Both the position numbers and the translations under genes were made by a program. 64,000 bases of DNA from Gordius albopunctatus (Eukaryota): NCBI GenBank assembly GCA_964276515.1, contig OZ193909.1, positions 18,352,001 through 18,416,000 on the forward strand. The letters are read 5' to 3'. Numbering within the stretch: position 1 is the first letter of the stretch; each line of letters begins with the position of its first letter. Below, piece after piece: positions 34,731-48,948 of this stretch. The notes beneath the pieces are model-generated. The model was not told the DNA's origin. It saw only the letters and a list, made by a program, of their open reading frames with translations, and searched no databases.

Positions 34731-37700
34731 AGTATAATAGAGAAACCCATTGTATGCGATTAAATTGTCTAAATTTTATAGTACAAATAGCGTGGCTCAT
34801 GCTTAATATTATGATGATATAACCATTATATGCTTAAACTTATATTCCTATGAATTTATTATAAATTTAAAGAAAATCTACAATTATATTTATAAAATTG
34901 TTGTCTAGATTCTTGTTAAGAGCATTTTAACTTTACATGAAATAGTGATCCCTGAAATAATAATATTTTTTTTTTGTAAAACTCATGGTTTATTATTGCC
35001 GAAAATATTTGAAAGTGTTCGATCGCAAAATATAACATATCGTCAAAACTAGCCTAAAATAGTTTGTCGATATATTAAAATATTCACAAAAATTATAAAT
35101 TTATATTTTACATGCAAATATTAGATTTAATGTTTAATTAATCGCAAGGAATTTTAACAAGAATTAGGTTAAATTAAATTAAAAAAAAGATCAAAAATTG
35201 TTGTTAAGATGTATTATTGCAAACTATTTTAAATTTTGTAAAACTTTTTAACTCTGCTATACAAACAACATCACATGGTGTTTATTTTAAAACTCATTGA
35301 TAATTAAAGTCGGTGCAAAATATATGACCGGAAAAAGATTAATTTCATTTTAGCTTTTTTAATTTTTGTGTTAATATTTAAAAATATAAATAAATTTTTT
35401 AAATTAACCATTTCCCTATAAAAATTAAAATAAAATATTAAGATCTTACATTGGTAGAATGCAAATGATAGGGATTATTTCCTTAGGAAAATTTTGATGG
35501 ATATTAAAAAAACGAGATATAGAAAATTGGTATTAAAAAAAGTGAAAAATTTTCCTTCAGGTATCAGTAGAAAATTTATTTAGTATACAAAAAATTTTAG
35601 GACACATTAGTAATTATTGATATTATTTTTTATAAAATTAGAAAATAATTAATAACACACGCTTTTACAAATACGTATGTCATAATTTTATGCCCCGCGG
35701 CTAAATCTAATATCAATAACTCTGTACGTGGAAATCATAATAAAATTATTATTGGAATCAAACTTAAACAATAACAGACACGAAGCTTTTCTTCGAATTA
35801 AAAAATCACGAATTCAAAACAATAATTAGAATTGTTGATTAAAAAACTGATTCTGGTCAGAAAGTAACATTGAATCAACAAATTAAAAAACGTAATGATG
35901 GGGGGGGGGGCGATATGCTTGAAGTGTTTGCTAAATCTCATCATATTTAACCCTCTAATCGTTTTGGGGTATAATTAATTGATAACTAATAAGCAATTTA
36001 TACAATTTGATTAATTACTGATGTATTCGATAACTTTAAAGCGGAGTGTGGGATGTGGGAACAAAATATAATATGAACTTCTCGATGTTTTGCTCTAAAC
36101 CCTTATGAGCCTCCCCCTACCTGACCCCCTTTGGTTCCCAGGGCAATTTAATGTTTTTAGATTGGAAGTTTATAGATTCTATAAAAACAACTCGGGCATT
36201 CGGCCCTCGTGGGAATGGGAGTAGGGGAAGAGAAGGGGGGAAGGGAAGGGGGAACTCATCTATACTCAGTATAAAAGTAGCATATTTGCTATGCAATTTA
36301 TGGGCGAGAAAGATGGGAAGGGCGAGAATGCCTATAGGAGGATGGGGGGGGGTATTAAATGCAAAATAATTGGACTGACGGGCATAGGGTAAATATCAAT
36401 GGTAACCAATTTTAAAAAAACGAAAAAAAAATTTCGAATCACAAATTTGGCCAACGGTCATTTTTTTCAAATAGATAATAATATAATAACATCTTCAAGA
36501 TTTGCCATAGATTCTTTCCAAAGTTTAACGTTCAAAACATCTTTGTTTATGACATTTTGAACCAAGGGTAGCAATTTAAACCTGGGCTTCACGAACGGAA
36601 CAAATTTTTTTGGGAGTCTCATCGCCTTTATCTTTGTTAATAAGTAAAAAAAATTCGTCCCTTATTTTTGAAAAACCTCACCCAAAATGGTGATCTAATT
36701 GACTTAATAAATATGCACTATGGAAGAAGGAATAATGAGAAACTTAAAGAATTATTTCTTCATAAGTTTAACGTTTAATTATATAACAAAATGAAAAGGG
36801 ATTAAATGTTAATATACGCAATAAACATGGCACCGGCAATTTGCGACCCGATGTTATTTTTAAGCATTAATATAGTGAATTAATATCATTTCTCAAATCT
36901 ATAAGGAAAAATATAATATTAATCAAATGAAACGTTTAAATGTATATATCGCTCGCACCCAGCAAATAAGCTTGGTTTGGCGCAAATATTACTTGTATAT
37001 TTATTAAGCCCTAATCATGCTTTCAAGCATGTAATGGCTGCAATATATATTTATTTTAACAACCATATTTTTTAGCTAGCAAAATTATTTATAATATTTA
37101 GAGGTAAATGTAATTAAATAATTCAACATGAATTCAACATAAATATTTGGTCGGATTAGTTATGTAACAGATGTTTGTTAAATACGATTGCCGTCCTTGA
37201 CTCATAAAAAACCCCGAGCCTTGCCGACAGCTTGTATATGGTCAGGCGGGCACCTCAAGAGTATTCGGACTTAATAAACTTTTCTTTAATTTTTATTTAC
37301 TTTATTTTGGCGTAATATTTGTTTTGGCTTTGATATTTAAGGGGAAAAAATATAGAGAATTTATTTAGTCGCTATTTGTGAATTTACAGTAAAAACTAAG
37401 CTTAAGCCAGAAGTGCTAAAGGATAGCGTAAAAGGATTATCTTTCTAGAAAATTCGAAATCTTAAATAAGTTTAAATTACAAATTATTTTATTGAAATCA
37501 AATTAATAATTACCTTTTGTGAATTTAAAATGATGCGCGCTGTATTCATTGTTAATGACTAAGTTTGTAGATGGTGTATTGGAAATATAGAAATGAGTAT
37601 TTAAAAATTTACAAAGTCATCCTCTCTATACGATTTATCCGTTTCCCTCTGAAAACCCATTAAATTCCAAGGTTGAGTAATTAAAGTAAGATTAAGTTAT

Positions 37701-37899
37701 TGGGGGAAGGGGGTACTCGAGAGTTTTTTCGATCTATTTTTATTTCAGTGTAGCTATTGGGGAAAGCGGGTTCTCGAGAGTATGTTTTTGGGGGGCATTA
37801 ATTAGGGTTAACAAATAACCTACCAAAATTAATTTAGCGATAACAAATATTATTTTTTTAATTTGAAAAGGTGCCTAACATTGAGAAATATGTATTTAT

Positions 37900-38335
37900 T
37901 AAATTACTATTAAATAAAAAATAGGTAAAATAGCTGATATAAGATGGTACTCGGACTATGATATTTGCTTGAGCAGCGAGAAAGGTGTCATTCCAAATAG
38001 TTAAAGATTTTTTAAAGGGAACTTCCCATTTGACGTTAAAGTAAAAAACGTTTAGTAATAGCATCCTGTTTAAACTATTAGGTACGGGTGCAGATAAAAC
38101 ACGGTCAATTAAGCTGTTTGGTCAAGAACCCATGTATTTATGATATTTCTAGCTGTCTCTACATTTTCCTCTTCGAAATTGAGGGATTCAGTTTGTGCAG
38201 CATAATACTTCTCTAAATCTTTAACGAATTTTGGGTGAACCGCAAATTTTTTGTCTAAAAACATTTTGGTGACCCAAGCAATTGTAGTAGATTCTTCGTA
38301 ATCTTTCAAATCCTTAAAATCTTGATGCATCTCTG
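37900..38335 (-). pseudogene. Serpin (serine protease inhibitor) gene fragment with stop and frameshift
   Basis: KMFLDKKF..KF...LEKYYAAQTESLNF...ETARNIINTWVLDQT* then, in another frame, MLLLNVFYFNVKWEVPFKKSLT..F. This fits the serpin INxWV..T and NAIYFKGxW..F signatures. Confidence 0.75.
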
Positions 38336-38364
38336 GGGGGGGGGAATGTCGACGTTTTAGATCA

Positions 38365-38702
38365 TTACAACGGTCTTTAAATACATACGAGTCAAAAAAA
38401 ACGAAAATTGGCCAATGGTCATTTTTTTCCATTTGTCAGTACCCAGAGATGGTCTATAAATACATACGAGTAAAAAAAAAGAAAAATAAATTTCGATTTA
38501 CATTTTGGCCAATGGTCATTTTTTCCATTGGTTAGTACCAACAGATACTCTATAAGTCAATGATAGTCAAAAAAAACGGAAAAAAATTTCGATTCACAAT
38601 TTGGCCAATGGTCATTTTTACCATCGGTCAGCAGCCAGCGGACGGCCAAAAAGTCATAATAGCAATGGTAGTAACAGGAAAAATCATAAAAATTGCATAG
38701 CA

Positions 38703-38733
<31 letters not shown>

Positions 38734-39215
38734 CCAATTCAAAAACGAAAAAAAAATTTCGAACAAAATTTGGCCAATGGTCATTTTTTCAATGGTCAGT
38801 AGCCAGAACACGGTCAAAAAGTCATATTATCAATGGTATTAACAAGAACAATATATTAATTTAATTAAAAAAATATAAAATTTTGTCCTCTCCGGGTCTC
38901 GAACCAGTAATTTAGAACGTTCGCTGGGATTCAAACCCACATTAAATAGAGGCATAAGCCTTTGAGGGGGAACAGGGAACCATATCAATATAGGCATATG
39001 TCCTTGTAGGGGAGGGCATAGGGTAATTATCAATGTTAAACTATTCAAAAACGAAAAATTAAAATTTCGATTTATTTGGCCAGTGGTCATTTTTCTCATT
39101 GGTCAGTAGCCTGCGGACGGTCAAAAAGTCATATTATTAATGGTATTAACAAGAACAAAATATTAATTTAATTTAAAAAAAAATAAAAAAATTTTGTCCT
39201 CTCAGGGTCTCGATC
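38365..39215. repeat. Complex degenerate tandem repeat (TTGGCCAATGGTCATTTT core) with a ~170-bp duplicated block
   Basis: Core motif at ~38409, 38505, 38601, 38770 and 39076, plus an outlier at ~36447. Block 38737-38905 resembles 39043-39213. Confidence 0.85.
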
Positions 39216-39418
39216 CATAACCTTGCAAGTCGGGAAGCTGGTGTAAATAACTTGGTGGACGACGGACGGACGGACAACAAAAAACGAGCCCATAAATTGC
39301 ATATCAATTAAAATTGGAATTAGGATATAGAATATAAATGGCATATAGTTTTATGAAAAGACCTGGATTTGTATTATGAACTTATAGTGTTAGTCGAGTA
39401 AACATAAAAAGCCAAAGG

Positions 39419-39615
39419 GAAAAACAGCTGATTAAAAAATATAATACTTTTTTGTTAAAAATTCGGATTGACATTAATTTTCAAATAAATAAAAACAAAA
39501 AAGGGTTTTTTCAAATTGAACGAACGTTAAATTCGAACGCGTTCATCAAAAAAAGGAACGCGTTCACGTTCAAAGTTCACCAAAAAATAAAAGAACGCGT
39601 TCATTTACAGCACTA
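39419..39615 (-). mobile_element. Inverted solo left end of the hAT element at 41567-42635
   Basis: Reverse complement of ~41567-41795, ending TTTACAGCACTA, with GAACGCGTTC motifs. Confidence 0.8.
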
Positions 39616-41072
39616 GTTTTTACTATATCATGTTAAAAGCCAAGCACGGCTAAAAATAATAATGGTATTATCGGCGAAAAAACTCATGAGGTATTAACCT
39701 ACAAAATTAACCCTGTTTGCTAAACTTTTTCCTAAATTACCATTCACACGCTATTAAGTACGCTAAAATTGTCTTTTCTTTTTTTAATAGTTTCTCGAAA
39801 TTATGTATCTAGTAGGTATAATGACTAATTTTATCTTTTTATAGCTATTTCAAGAATATAAACTCCGAGTCGAGTAAGTTGCTTTATAAAGATGATTCTA
39901 TAAATTTGTTCAGGACTCTTGGAAAGAAGAGTTGTAAAAATAGTGAGAGCCCGAGGTAAAACAAATATAATTTTAGTCACGAGGAGCCGTTGTGATTTAT
40001 TAGGACTTTGCAATTACATAGACATGTGATGTGTTATTGTCAAACAAGGCTAGACATTAGGATAAAGTCGACAGTTGAATTTAGAGAATAACACGCCGCG
40101 GGCTATTGATCATAAAATCTCTAGCCATATATCACTATGTAGCCCCTGTGAATCATGATGATATACTTTGATTTTAATCATAAAAGTAGCAAAACTTATT
40201 GTAAAAATGGGTAAAAAGAAAATAAAATTTTAAATTTTTAGTTTAATTTTGGTAAGATTTTTGATTTATTAAAATATCTAAAACAAATTTTATTTCGCCT
40301 GAGAGCTATGTATTTAATAATTATTTATCGATATGTGTGATTCATTAACTATTTTGAATTTATTTAGCCCTTAGGTTTATTTATTTAAAGTATGTAAATT
40401 TTAGCCCTGCTTTAAATATTTTCTATCTACCTTATTTGTCGTTTTAAATAATAACATTTATCAGATTTTATGTCTTTAAAAGCGAAATTTCATTTTAAAT
40501 AGCTTATGTTTTCAGTAAATTTTACTCAAACTATTATGTTTTACCTTTAAATACTTAATTATGGCTTATAATAAAGAAGATTGAAAGTAAAATTATTACT
40601 TTAACTAAGATGCAATAAATTTGACAAAGGTAGAAGCCACCTAACATTAAATTTTATTATCATAAAAAATTAAATCGCGTTTAAAAAAAACTGAAAATTA
40701 TTTTTCCAAATATATTGTTGGAATATATTTTTAAGGTCTATTATTACGATAGGAAAGAAATTTGGAGGGAAATAAGTAATAGTTTTCTCACAAATTAAGT
40801 TTAAAAAAAACAAAAATCCAAAAAATTTCAAAAATGCCCGGGGCTAGTCATAGCCGATAGATCAACTCCGATATTTTCACTTCTTATTAGTGTATGCTAA
40901 CTCAAATCAATAAAAAGATTGTTTCATTATAAAAAATGTGGAAAATTCAAATGTAATATGACTGTATTTTATATAAAACAAATAAAAAAGGGTCAAGATG
41001 ACAATCTGACTTAAGTACACTTAAATGACGGATTTAGCAACGGAAAAAAACTTTTAGTCGTTTTATAATGTA

Positions 41073-41530
41073 CTAGCTGTGCCCGGCCAAGCGTTGCTTT
41101 GGCTCAGTCCTTAAGTGGTTAAATAAGTATAAACTATTAATAAGACTTATCTAAAATGCGGTCATATATGAAATAATGTGAAAGGTCCGAATGCTAATTA
41201 ATGCAAATAAATATCCATAATATTTATTTAAGAGCGATATAAAATATTTATTAATATGATTTCACAGGGATATAAGAATTGCTAAGGATTGTTGGCAGTG
41301 AAGCTCTAAAAACAATTATAAAAATTCTAATTATGAATTTCTATTGTTATTACTTGTTAGTAAAAAATTTGAGAATGTTTTTTGATGATTATAACCAATC
41401 TTCACAGGGATAAAAATTTAAGTTATAAGAATTGATAAGGATTGTTGTCAATAAAGCTCTAAAGACACAAATGTAATTTTCAAATTTGCATTAGTAAGGA
41501 TTGTTGGCAGTGAAGCTCTAAAGACATTAT
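41073..41530 (-). mobile_element. Helitron 3' terminus with internal short repeats
   Basis: a|CTAG-ctgtgcccg plus hairpin GCCAA..TTGGC (41086-41103), similar to the 23677 end. The motif taaggattgttggcagtgaagctctaaa occurs three times. The 5' end is uncertain. Confidence 0.55.
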
Positions 41531-41566
41531 AAAATTAAGAATTTAAAATTTGAAAATGGTATATAA

Positions 41567-42635
41567 TAGTGCTGTAAATAAACACGTTCAAATTTTATGA
41601 ACGCGTTCATGAACGGCGTTCTTTTATTTTTTGGTGAACTTTGAATGTGAACGCGTTCCTTTTTTTGATGAACGCGTTCGAATTTAACGTTCGTTCAATT
41701 TTGTAAACCCTTTTTTGTTTTTATTTATTTGAAAATTAATGTCAATCCGAATTTTTAACAAAAAAGTATTATATTTTTTAATAAGTTGTTTTTCCTGTTT
41801 CCTATTACCAATGCCGAAATGCTTTTAACATAATATAACGTGCAAAAGAAGATAAGATTAAAGTTAATTAGTTTGATATTATTAATTATAGTTTAATTTA
41901 TAGGTTAATATGGACAATCATAATATTATATCGTCGTCATCTTCAGATTCTGAATATTCAAAATCAGCAAATGAATTGAAATTGCCATGGCCAAAATATG
42001 AAAAATATTTTTCACTCGTTTCATATAAAAGATCAAATTCAATAATTAAAATGAACCTATAAAGAATAAACTTTTAGTGTTATTGAAAAAAGGGATTGAA
42101 ACCCCTAGAATTGATAATGAAAGAGCTGTCAATTCCGAGATATCATTTTTTGGCGAGGAAGTAGAGGGCGCATTGGAGGATGATATCTTGTCGCAATTTT
42201 TTGAAGCGAGGGACAAAACATTAAAATTTTTAAATAAATTTCCTCCTTTAAAAAATTTGTTTATTAAGTATAATACTCCAATCCCCTCATCTGCCCCTGT
42301 GGAGCAGGTTTTTAGTATAGATAATGCTGTATTAACTGCCAAGCGTTCCTGCTTATCAGAAGAAAATTTTTAAAAACAATTATTATTAAAAATAAATAAG
42401 AAAATAGATTATATTAATTTATAATTATATTGTCGAAATAAAACTATTATTTTTATCATGGCTATTTATTGTATTAAAAATATAAGACATTTATTTATAT
42501 TAAATTAAACTTTAAAATTTGAACGAACGTGAACGCGTTCCTTTTCTTTTTAAACGAACGTGAACGCGTTCGATTTTTGTCAATGAACGTTGAACGCGAA
42601 CGCGTTCGATTTTTTTACAAATGTTTACAGCACTA
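41567..42635 (+). mobile_element. Internally deleted hAT element (GAACGCGTTC family)
   Basis: TIR TAGTGCTGTAAA/TTTACAGCACTA. N-terminal LPWPKYEKYF (homologous to LPWPSMEDYF at ~12040) joined to FPPLKNLFIKYNTPIPSSAPVEQVFS. No matching TSD. Confidence 0.85.
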
Positions 42636-43809
42636 TAAAAATTTAATCACTAGACGGTTTTTATATAAAAAATCTCTCTTTATAAGATAAAAGTTAAATT
42701 AATCCAAAATATACAACCAAAAAAATTTTATGTGCAAAATAAAAATTTTTGTCAAGGCTACTAGCCCCAAAAAATCGTTTTTTCTCAATAAATGCTCATA
42801 CCTCATGGAAAAATACACATTTATTTAAATTTTGATTTATTACCATTATTATTTTAAAAATAATTAGTAAGATAATAGTAACCCCGAGCTACGACTAGCC
42901 CCGATCTCCCATACTAATAATGCTCTTTATTTTCGGTAAAATGACAAAAGAACTACAATATAAATGTCTAGCAACTTATGTCTTAAATGCAGTTTATAAT
43001 TGTCAGTTTTCATATTCAAATAATTCGCTGAGCTGATATGATATTAACTCTTATTATAATTTTTTAAGAGTCGGAATGTTGTAAAAATATGATAAGTTAT
43101 AATTTAACCTACAACGGTGGCAGGCCTGTGTGCAAAATGTGGAAGGTTGGCATCAGGTCGGAAACTGGTTTTAAAAACCCTCTGAAAACTTTATAACAGA
43201 AAGCTAGGGCGTCCTCCACAACTGATGCGTACTGCATCCCCCACCCGTACAATGTGAAAAATAGTATATGGTACTGACAAACTCCGCGTTCGTGATGACG
43301 CGCAAAGCAAAAAAAAGCGAAGCGAATTTTGTTTCGCGAAATTATTTAAGCAATTCGCAGGCGATCGTTGTTCATGATGCGTGCGATTTAATTCGCTTAT
43401 GACATGGTTTCACCTAACGTTAAAATTAAAATACTTATATTTATAATAGGGTAATAGAAAAATTAGTGAACGATCCAGTGAAATTCTTCAATTATTTTAG
43501 GATGAGCAAGGTAAAATTATGAATTAATTAGTTTTTAGGAAATATTTTATTATATATTAGAAAAAATAACTACCAACATAAAATCACAGAGAATAAACTA
43601 TGCATATTCCATTTCACATGAAGAAAAATTAATGATAACTATCAGGTAAGCATTATCAATTTTTAACACATCTTAATTTAGATATTTGGCTTGTGGAAAT
43701 TCTTATACATCAATAAGCTATTCACATGAGATAGGAATATCAACTATACATTAGTGATGTTAATCTGCTCGAATTAGTTCTGCTTGTATAGTGCTAAAGC
43801 ACATACATC

Positions 43810-45224
43810 CAGTGGCGTATACAAGGGGGTGGATATGCGGATAAAACCACCTCCGCGGATTTCAAAAAAAAATTTTTTTTTCTAATATCGCATTATATAA
43901 TAAAGATTATGAAATGAGTTTTAATTAACTATGAGGAGCACTTATTTTCAACAACCATTGATCGTTAAAAAGGTCAATGATTTTTTATCAACGCCTAAAA
44001 GGCAATATTTGTTTGATTCAATTGTTAAGTCTTCAGATTCCAAAAATTTGAAATTAAAAACCCTCTGTGAAACAAGATGGGTTCAAAAGCATCAAGCAAT
44101 AAACCGTTTTTTTTGAATTAAGAGATTCAATTATCACAAGCCTTGAGCAGATTAGTGAATGGGCAGACAATGATTCCTCTTAGGGTGCTATGCTATTAGT
44201 ATCAGCACTTAAAACTGGCCATTTTTGGTTATCATTACATACATTAAAGCAAGTCTTTGCTTATACTGTAAATCTTAGCATTCATTTGCTAAGCGTTAAC
44301 CTGGACTTATCACAGGCAATAAATACGGCCGAAAGCGTTGTGGAAGCTATTAAATTAATTAGAAATATTTCTCAGGTAGAATTTTCCAGGATATTTGAAG
44401 ATGTCACATTGATGGAAAAACAATATGGCTTTGAGATTTCGATTCCCAGAGGAAATGCCCAACAAACCCCGGAGACTTATTATAGAATAACGCTGTATAA
44501 TGCATTCTTAGACACATTTTTGGTAGAAATGGACACAAGGTTTCTTCAGAATAAACAAAATTTTATAGGGTTTCATGCTTTACTACTACAACCACCTGTA
44601 AAGCTATCTGAAGCTAAACTGGCAAACCTTTTGAATTTAACTCATTTTTATGGGGATGATTTGAATGGAAATCAAGAACTATACGAAGCTGAAATCAAAC
44701 TCTGGTATCAATCATTCAAAGATTGTAACCCTGAAGCCCTCCCTTCCAATGCACTAAATGCATTGTCCGATCATAGTCCCAAACTTTTCTTATATCCAAA
44801 TATAAGAACGTTATACCAGATTTTAGCAACACTGCCAGTAACAACCTGTTCTAATGAAAGAAGTTTTTTAACGCTCAGAAGACTCAAAACCTACTTGAGG
44901 AATACAACTGGTCAAGAGAGGTAAATACATTTTATTAAAAATTCTTAATTTTGTATAGGCTCATAGGTTTGACCTTGTTAAATATTCATAGAGATTCAGT
45001 TCCAGACACTCAAGATATAATCAATGAATTTTTATATAAATCGCACAGATAATTTTTTCCCATACTATTTCATCAAATTATATGATATGACGTTTATAAT
45101 AAATATCTTTTATGAATGGGTTTGTATTTAAATAAATTGTAAAATTGAGATGATTTTTATTTAAACTCCCCCCCCCAAGAAAAATTAAAACCACCCCCAA
45201 AATAAAATCCTGCATACGCCACTG
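43810..45224 (+). mobile_element. hAT (Tip100-like) deletion derivative, copy of 5949-7363
   Basis: Same TIR, TSD CATACATC and ORFs. Confidence 0.92.
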
Positions 45225-45647
45225 CATACATCTTACCATAACCATCATAAGCATAACCCGCACAAGGCTGGTTAATAACCCGGTTACTAGCATGGCAGAT
45301 TAAAGTTGACATGGTTGCTTGGTTAAGAGAGATGTAAGTAACCACCGGGCATCGAGCAGATTGGATTGATATAAACCCTGGTATCGACCAGGCTCATTTT
45401 GAACTAAACGTGGTTTTTGGCAAATTTAATTTCATATAATGCTAATCAATATTTTTCAATCATATAATATTAATCCTAAAAGGTGATAAAAAAATTAAAA
45501 TATATTATAAAGAACTTTGCCCCCTACCTTTATTTGTCCCGTTGTTTTGCCCGGGAAAAACCAGCCAGCCGTTTTTACAACACTAATACATACATACACA
45601 CACACATACATACATACATACATACATACATACATACATACATACAT

Positions 45648-46814
45648 TAGAGGTCTGCATGGGCCGAAATTTCAGGGTCAGGCCCGGCCCATACCCGCAC
45701 AAATATATTTTTTTTACCCATACCCGCCCCGCAAAATAACAACAAAAAATGCGCCGCATCAGGCCCGCACGAGAAAAAAGCTTCAGTGTTTTCAAAAAAA
45801 TTTATTTCTATAGAAACAATTTTGCATGTATAAAAAAATTGTTATAGCATATAAAAACGGTATTAATAAAAAAAATTTTAATTTAATATTGTCATTTAAA
45901 AATAATAAAGTGTCTATTCTATCAGGTAGTAGTCTTGTTATTCTTTGTTCTATTAGGCGACTTGCCTTACTAAACGTGCGTTCACTTGTAGTGCTTGCGG
46001 CTGGAATTGCCAAAAACTGTACAGCTAACTTTGTCAAATTAGGTAAGATAAGGTCGTGTTCTCTCCACCATGAAATAATATCAAGCTCATCATCTTCCGG
46101 TTTAAGATTTAATTTAACATAAGTATCAACTTCATTGTTCTCCTCAATCTGCTCTCTTTCATCGTCCTCCTAAACGGAGATATCCATATCGACTTCACCA
46201 ATAGCTAATTGCCTACATACCTGAGTTGAATTGCTCATAGATGGACGACTGATGCATGAAGAGCTAGGATCTTCTTGCATTAATTTATTTAAAGTTTGTG
46301 TTACCATGGTTTTAACAAGAATAGCAATGTTGATATTATAAGTTTGTAATAAGTAGGAGAAGTGTAGCTAAAACTAATTAATTATAAAATAAAATTTTTT
46401 AATGAATTACCTTCAAGCTCAAAACAACGTCAATGAGATCTTGGAACAAATATTAAGCAATCTAAGAATTTGAAAAGCGAGGGAAAAAATAAAGAATGAA
46501 GTTAAAAACAAACACTACCTTCTATCCATTCAATTAATTTACTTAATTAGCGAAAAATATAATATTAAATTTTCTCTCAAAATAATACTGTTTAAATAGC
46601 AAATTTTTGTTAGAAAAAATAAATTTTTTATCATCAAGATAATAAATGCATTTTTTGTGTCAATACTATAATGATAGTATAGAGTTTAATATATTTAAAT
46701 TTTTTCACTTATCAAAGACTTTTTTAGTGCTTATTTTCAGGTCCGGCCCAGCCCGCGGGCGGGCTGGGCTTAGGCCTGCGGGCCGCGGACCGGCCAGGCC
46801 CCTGCAGACCTCTA
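45648..46814 (-). mobile_element. Non-autonomous hAT (Ac-like), copy of 7787-8953, nested in a Helitron 5' end that terminates at 46845
   Basis: Same TIR, TSD ACATACAT and dimerisation-domain ORF. Confidence 0.9.
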
Positions 46815-47130
46815 ACATACATAGACTTTACTTTATATATATAGATAAGCTATACAAATTATGTCTATTAGGATTATATTACAAATTTGAAATTTGCGCG
46901 AAGCGGATAATTAGGTGCGTAAGTAATTACTATCAAAAGTTTCAAAATCATATTAATTTGCATTAAATACCCTAAATTTAAATCTCATAAAATAAAAATT
47001 CTTAATTATCTAAATTAAGACTTATTAGATAAAAATTAAAGTCGAGATCTCGCCGATAAAATCTCGTCTCGTCTCGTTTCGAGGTCAGAGACGAGACCGA
47101 GATTTTTCTCGGTTTTTCCGCATCACTAAC

Positions 47131-48161
47131 CACCGTGCTTTTTTCTCCTTAAAAACTTTCTCTTAATACCCAAAAGCGCTTCGCCCGTCTTCCTAAGTGT
47201 TAACCTACTCCACGCGATCGAAAAAAAATCCAATTGTTAATCGAAAGGTGCCTAAACCTTAAATTTAGCCCTCTCCAATGGCTCCAAGCCACCCTCCCCT
47301 CCATGAATGATGGTATAGGCATCCGACCCCCCCCATTTACTTTCACTTGAAGTTTTCATCTCATCTCGTTTATCAACGGATGAGTTAGTCAAACAAATTA
47401 CTCACACCCAAGACCCGCACCTCGACAGCGCCCTTATGGCATTGGAAGACCTCAAGCTTGATTCCGCAACTCACCCAACTAGAACCCTCCAAAATTAATG
47501 GTATTTACCACTGATAGCACGTTCAGTAGCTTACCTCACTTCGAACAACCTATCTTTATGAAATCTCCACTTCAATTGGGCATCCTCCGGGGGTTACGAA
47601 TGGCTCGAGGCATAACCAAGCCAAAACCTAGGGTTACACTTGTCGGGCGAGGAACTTCGAATAACTGTAGGCCTACGCCTAGGCTGCGACATTGTGTCCC
47701 CATTCAACTGCGACGTCTGTCGCCAACACGTTCTAGCAAACGGCCATCATCTTCTACACTGCCAATAAAGCAAGGAGCGGCATCCCCGTCATGCCACAAT
47801 AAATAAAATAATCGCACAATTTTTAAAGAAAGCCGGCTTTCCCAACTCAATGGAACACACTCGCCTAAGCTCCAATGACGGTAAAATACTCGACGGTGTA
47901 ACGATCATCCCGTGGACTCGTGGCCTAAACCCCTGCTGGGACTTCACTACAGTGGATATATTTGCCAAATCTAACGCCTCTCCCGACCTTATCACTTCTA
48001 CTGAGAGAAAGAAAGTGGAAAAATACAAATACCTCAGCAATATTATTTTTGTACCAGTAGTATCCACGACTCTCGGTAATTTAGGTCCCGAGAGCAGCCA
48101 ATTCCTTAAACAAACATCAAAATTTATAACCTCCATCACACACGATCTCAAAATTTTTTTC
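47131..48161 (+). mobile_element. Degenerate CRE-like 3' fragment, copy of 9270-10300
   Basis: Identical ORFs. Confidence 0.85.
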
Positions 48162-48180
48162 TAGATTGTAGGGGAGGGCA

Positions 48181-48744
48181 TATGCTCCTGTTGAAAGGCT
48201 TTTCAGTTTATGAAAACTTATATTTGGGGATAAACGTTCTTCTTTATTAAATGATAATTTTGAAAATAATATTTTGTTGAAGTCCAATTCCCATCTACTT
48301 CCCCCTGATTTCTATTATCAATTGTAATTATATATATTGTTTGAAATGAAAAATAAATGTTTTACACATGTAGTTTATTTAGTTTTGTATAAAAAAAACT
48401 TTATTTGAAATTATTTATTAAATTAGATTTTATAATGGACTATTTTTAATTTAAAATAAATAAATAATAATAAGTTTAAATAATTGGAAAAAAATATAAA
48501 AAAACAAATTTTGGATCAGATAAAACGTTTTTCAACTGGATTAATTTTCTACAATATTAAAAAAAATGAACTGAACTTGAACTAGTTCATTTTGTAAAAT
48601 TTGAACTAAGAACTGAACTAGTTCGTTTTTTTGGATAAACTTGAACTTTAACTTGAAAAAATATGAACTTGAACTAATTTATTTTTTCAAATTGAACTAT
48701 GAACTTGAACTAGTTCATATCTAAGATGAACTTTAACAGCTCTA
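48181..48744 (+). mobile_element. hAT right end, copy of 10320-10883
   Basis: Identical sequence. Confidence 0.8.
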
Positions 48745-48948
48745 GTTGTCAGTATCCGTTTCATTTTTCATGGCATAATTCATCCTTGAATAATAAGTTT
48801 CTCGTCGCCAATGAAACGTGTAAACACAATTAGTTTATTAGATAAAGAATGAACGCGATTCCAGAATAATCGATAACATGTGGTTGTTGATAAAAAAACG
48901 AACGATGCTTACAATTGGATGTTACAAATATAAAATAGTACAATCATA

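Noticed and set aside
37130..37570. Possible further serpin exons (LSFSTSGLSLVF; ITNPTK)
   Set aside because: Similarity is too weak and the frames contain stops; needs a profile search.
38890..38945. tRNA-like B-box fragments (GGTTCGAGACCC and GGTTTGAATCCC on the minus strand)
   Set aside because: No cloverleaf or A-box could be built; they lie in a degenerate repeat.
43115..43175. Possible gag zinc-knuckle remnant (RPVC..CG..H..GN)
   Set aside because: Needs multiple frameshifts in 60 bp and has no supporting flanks.
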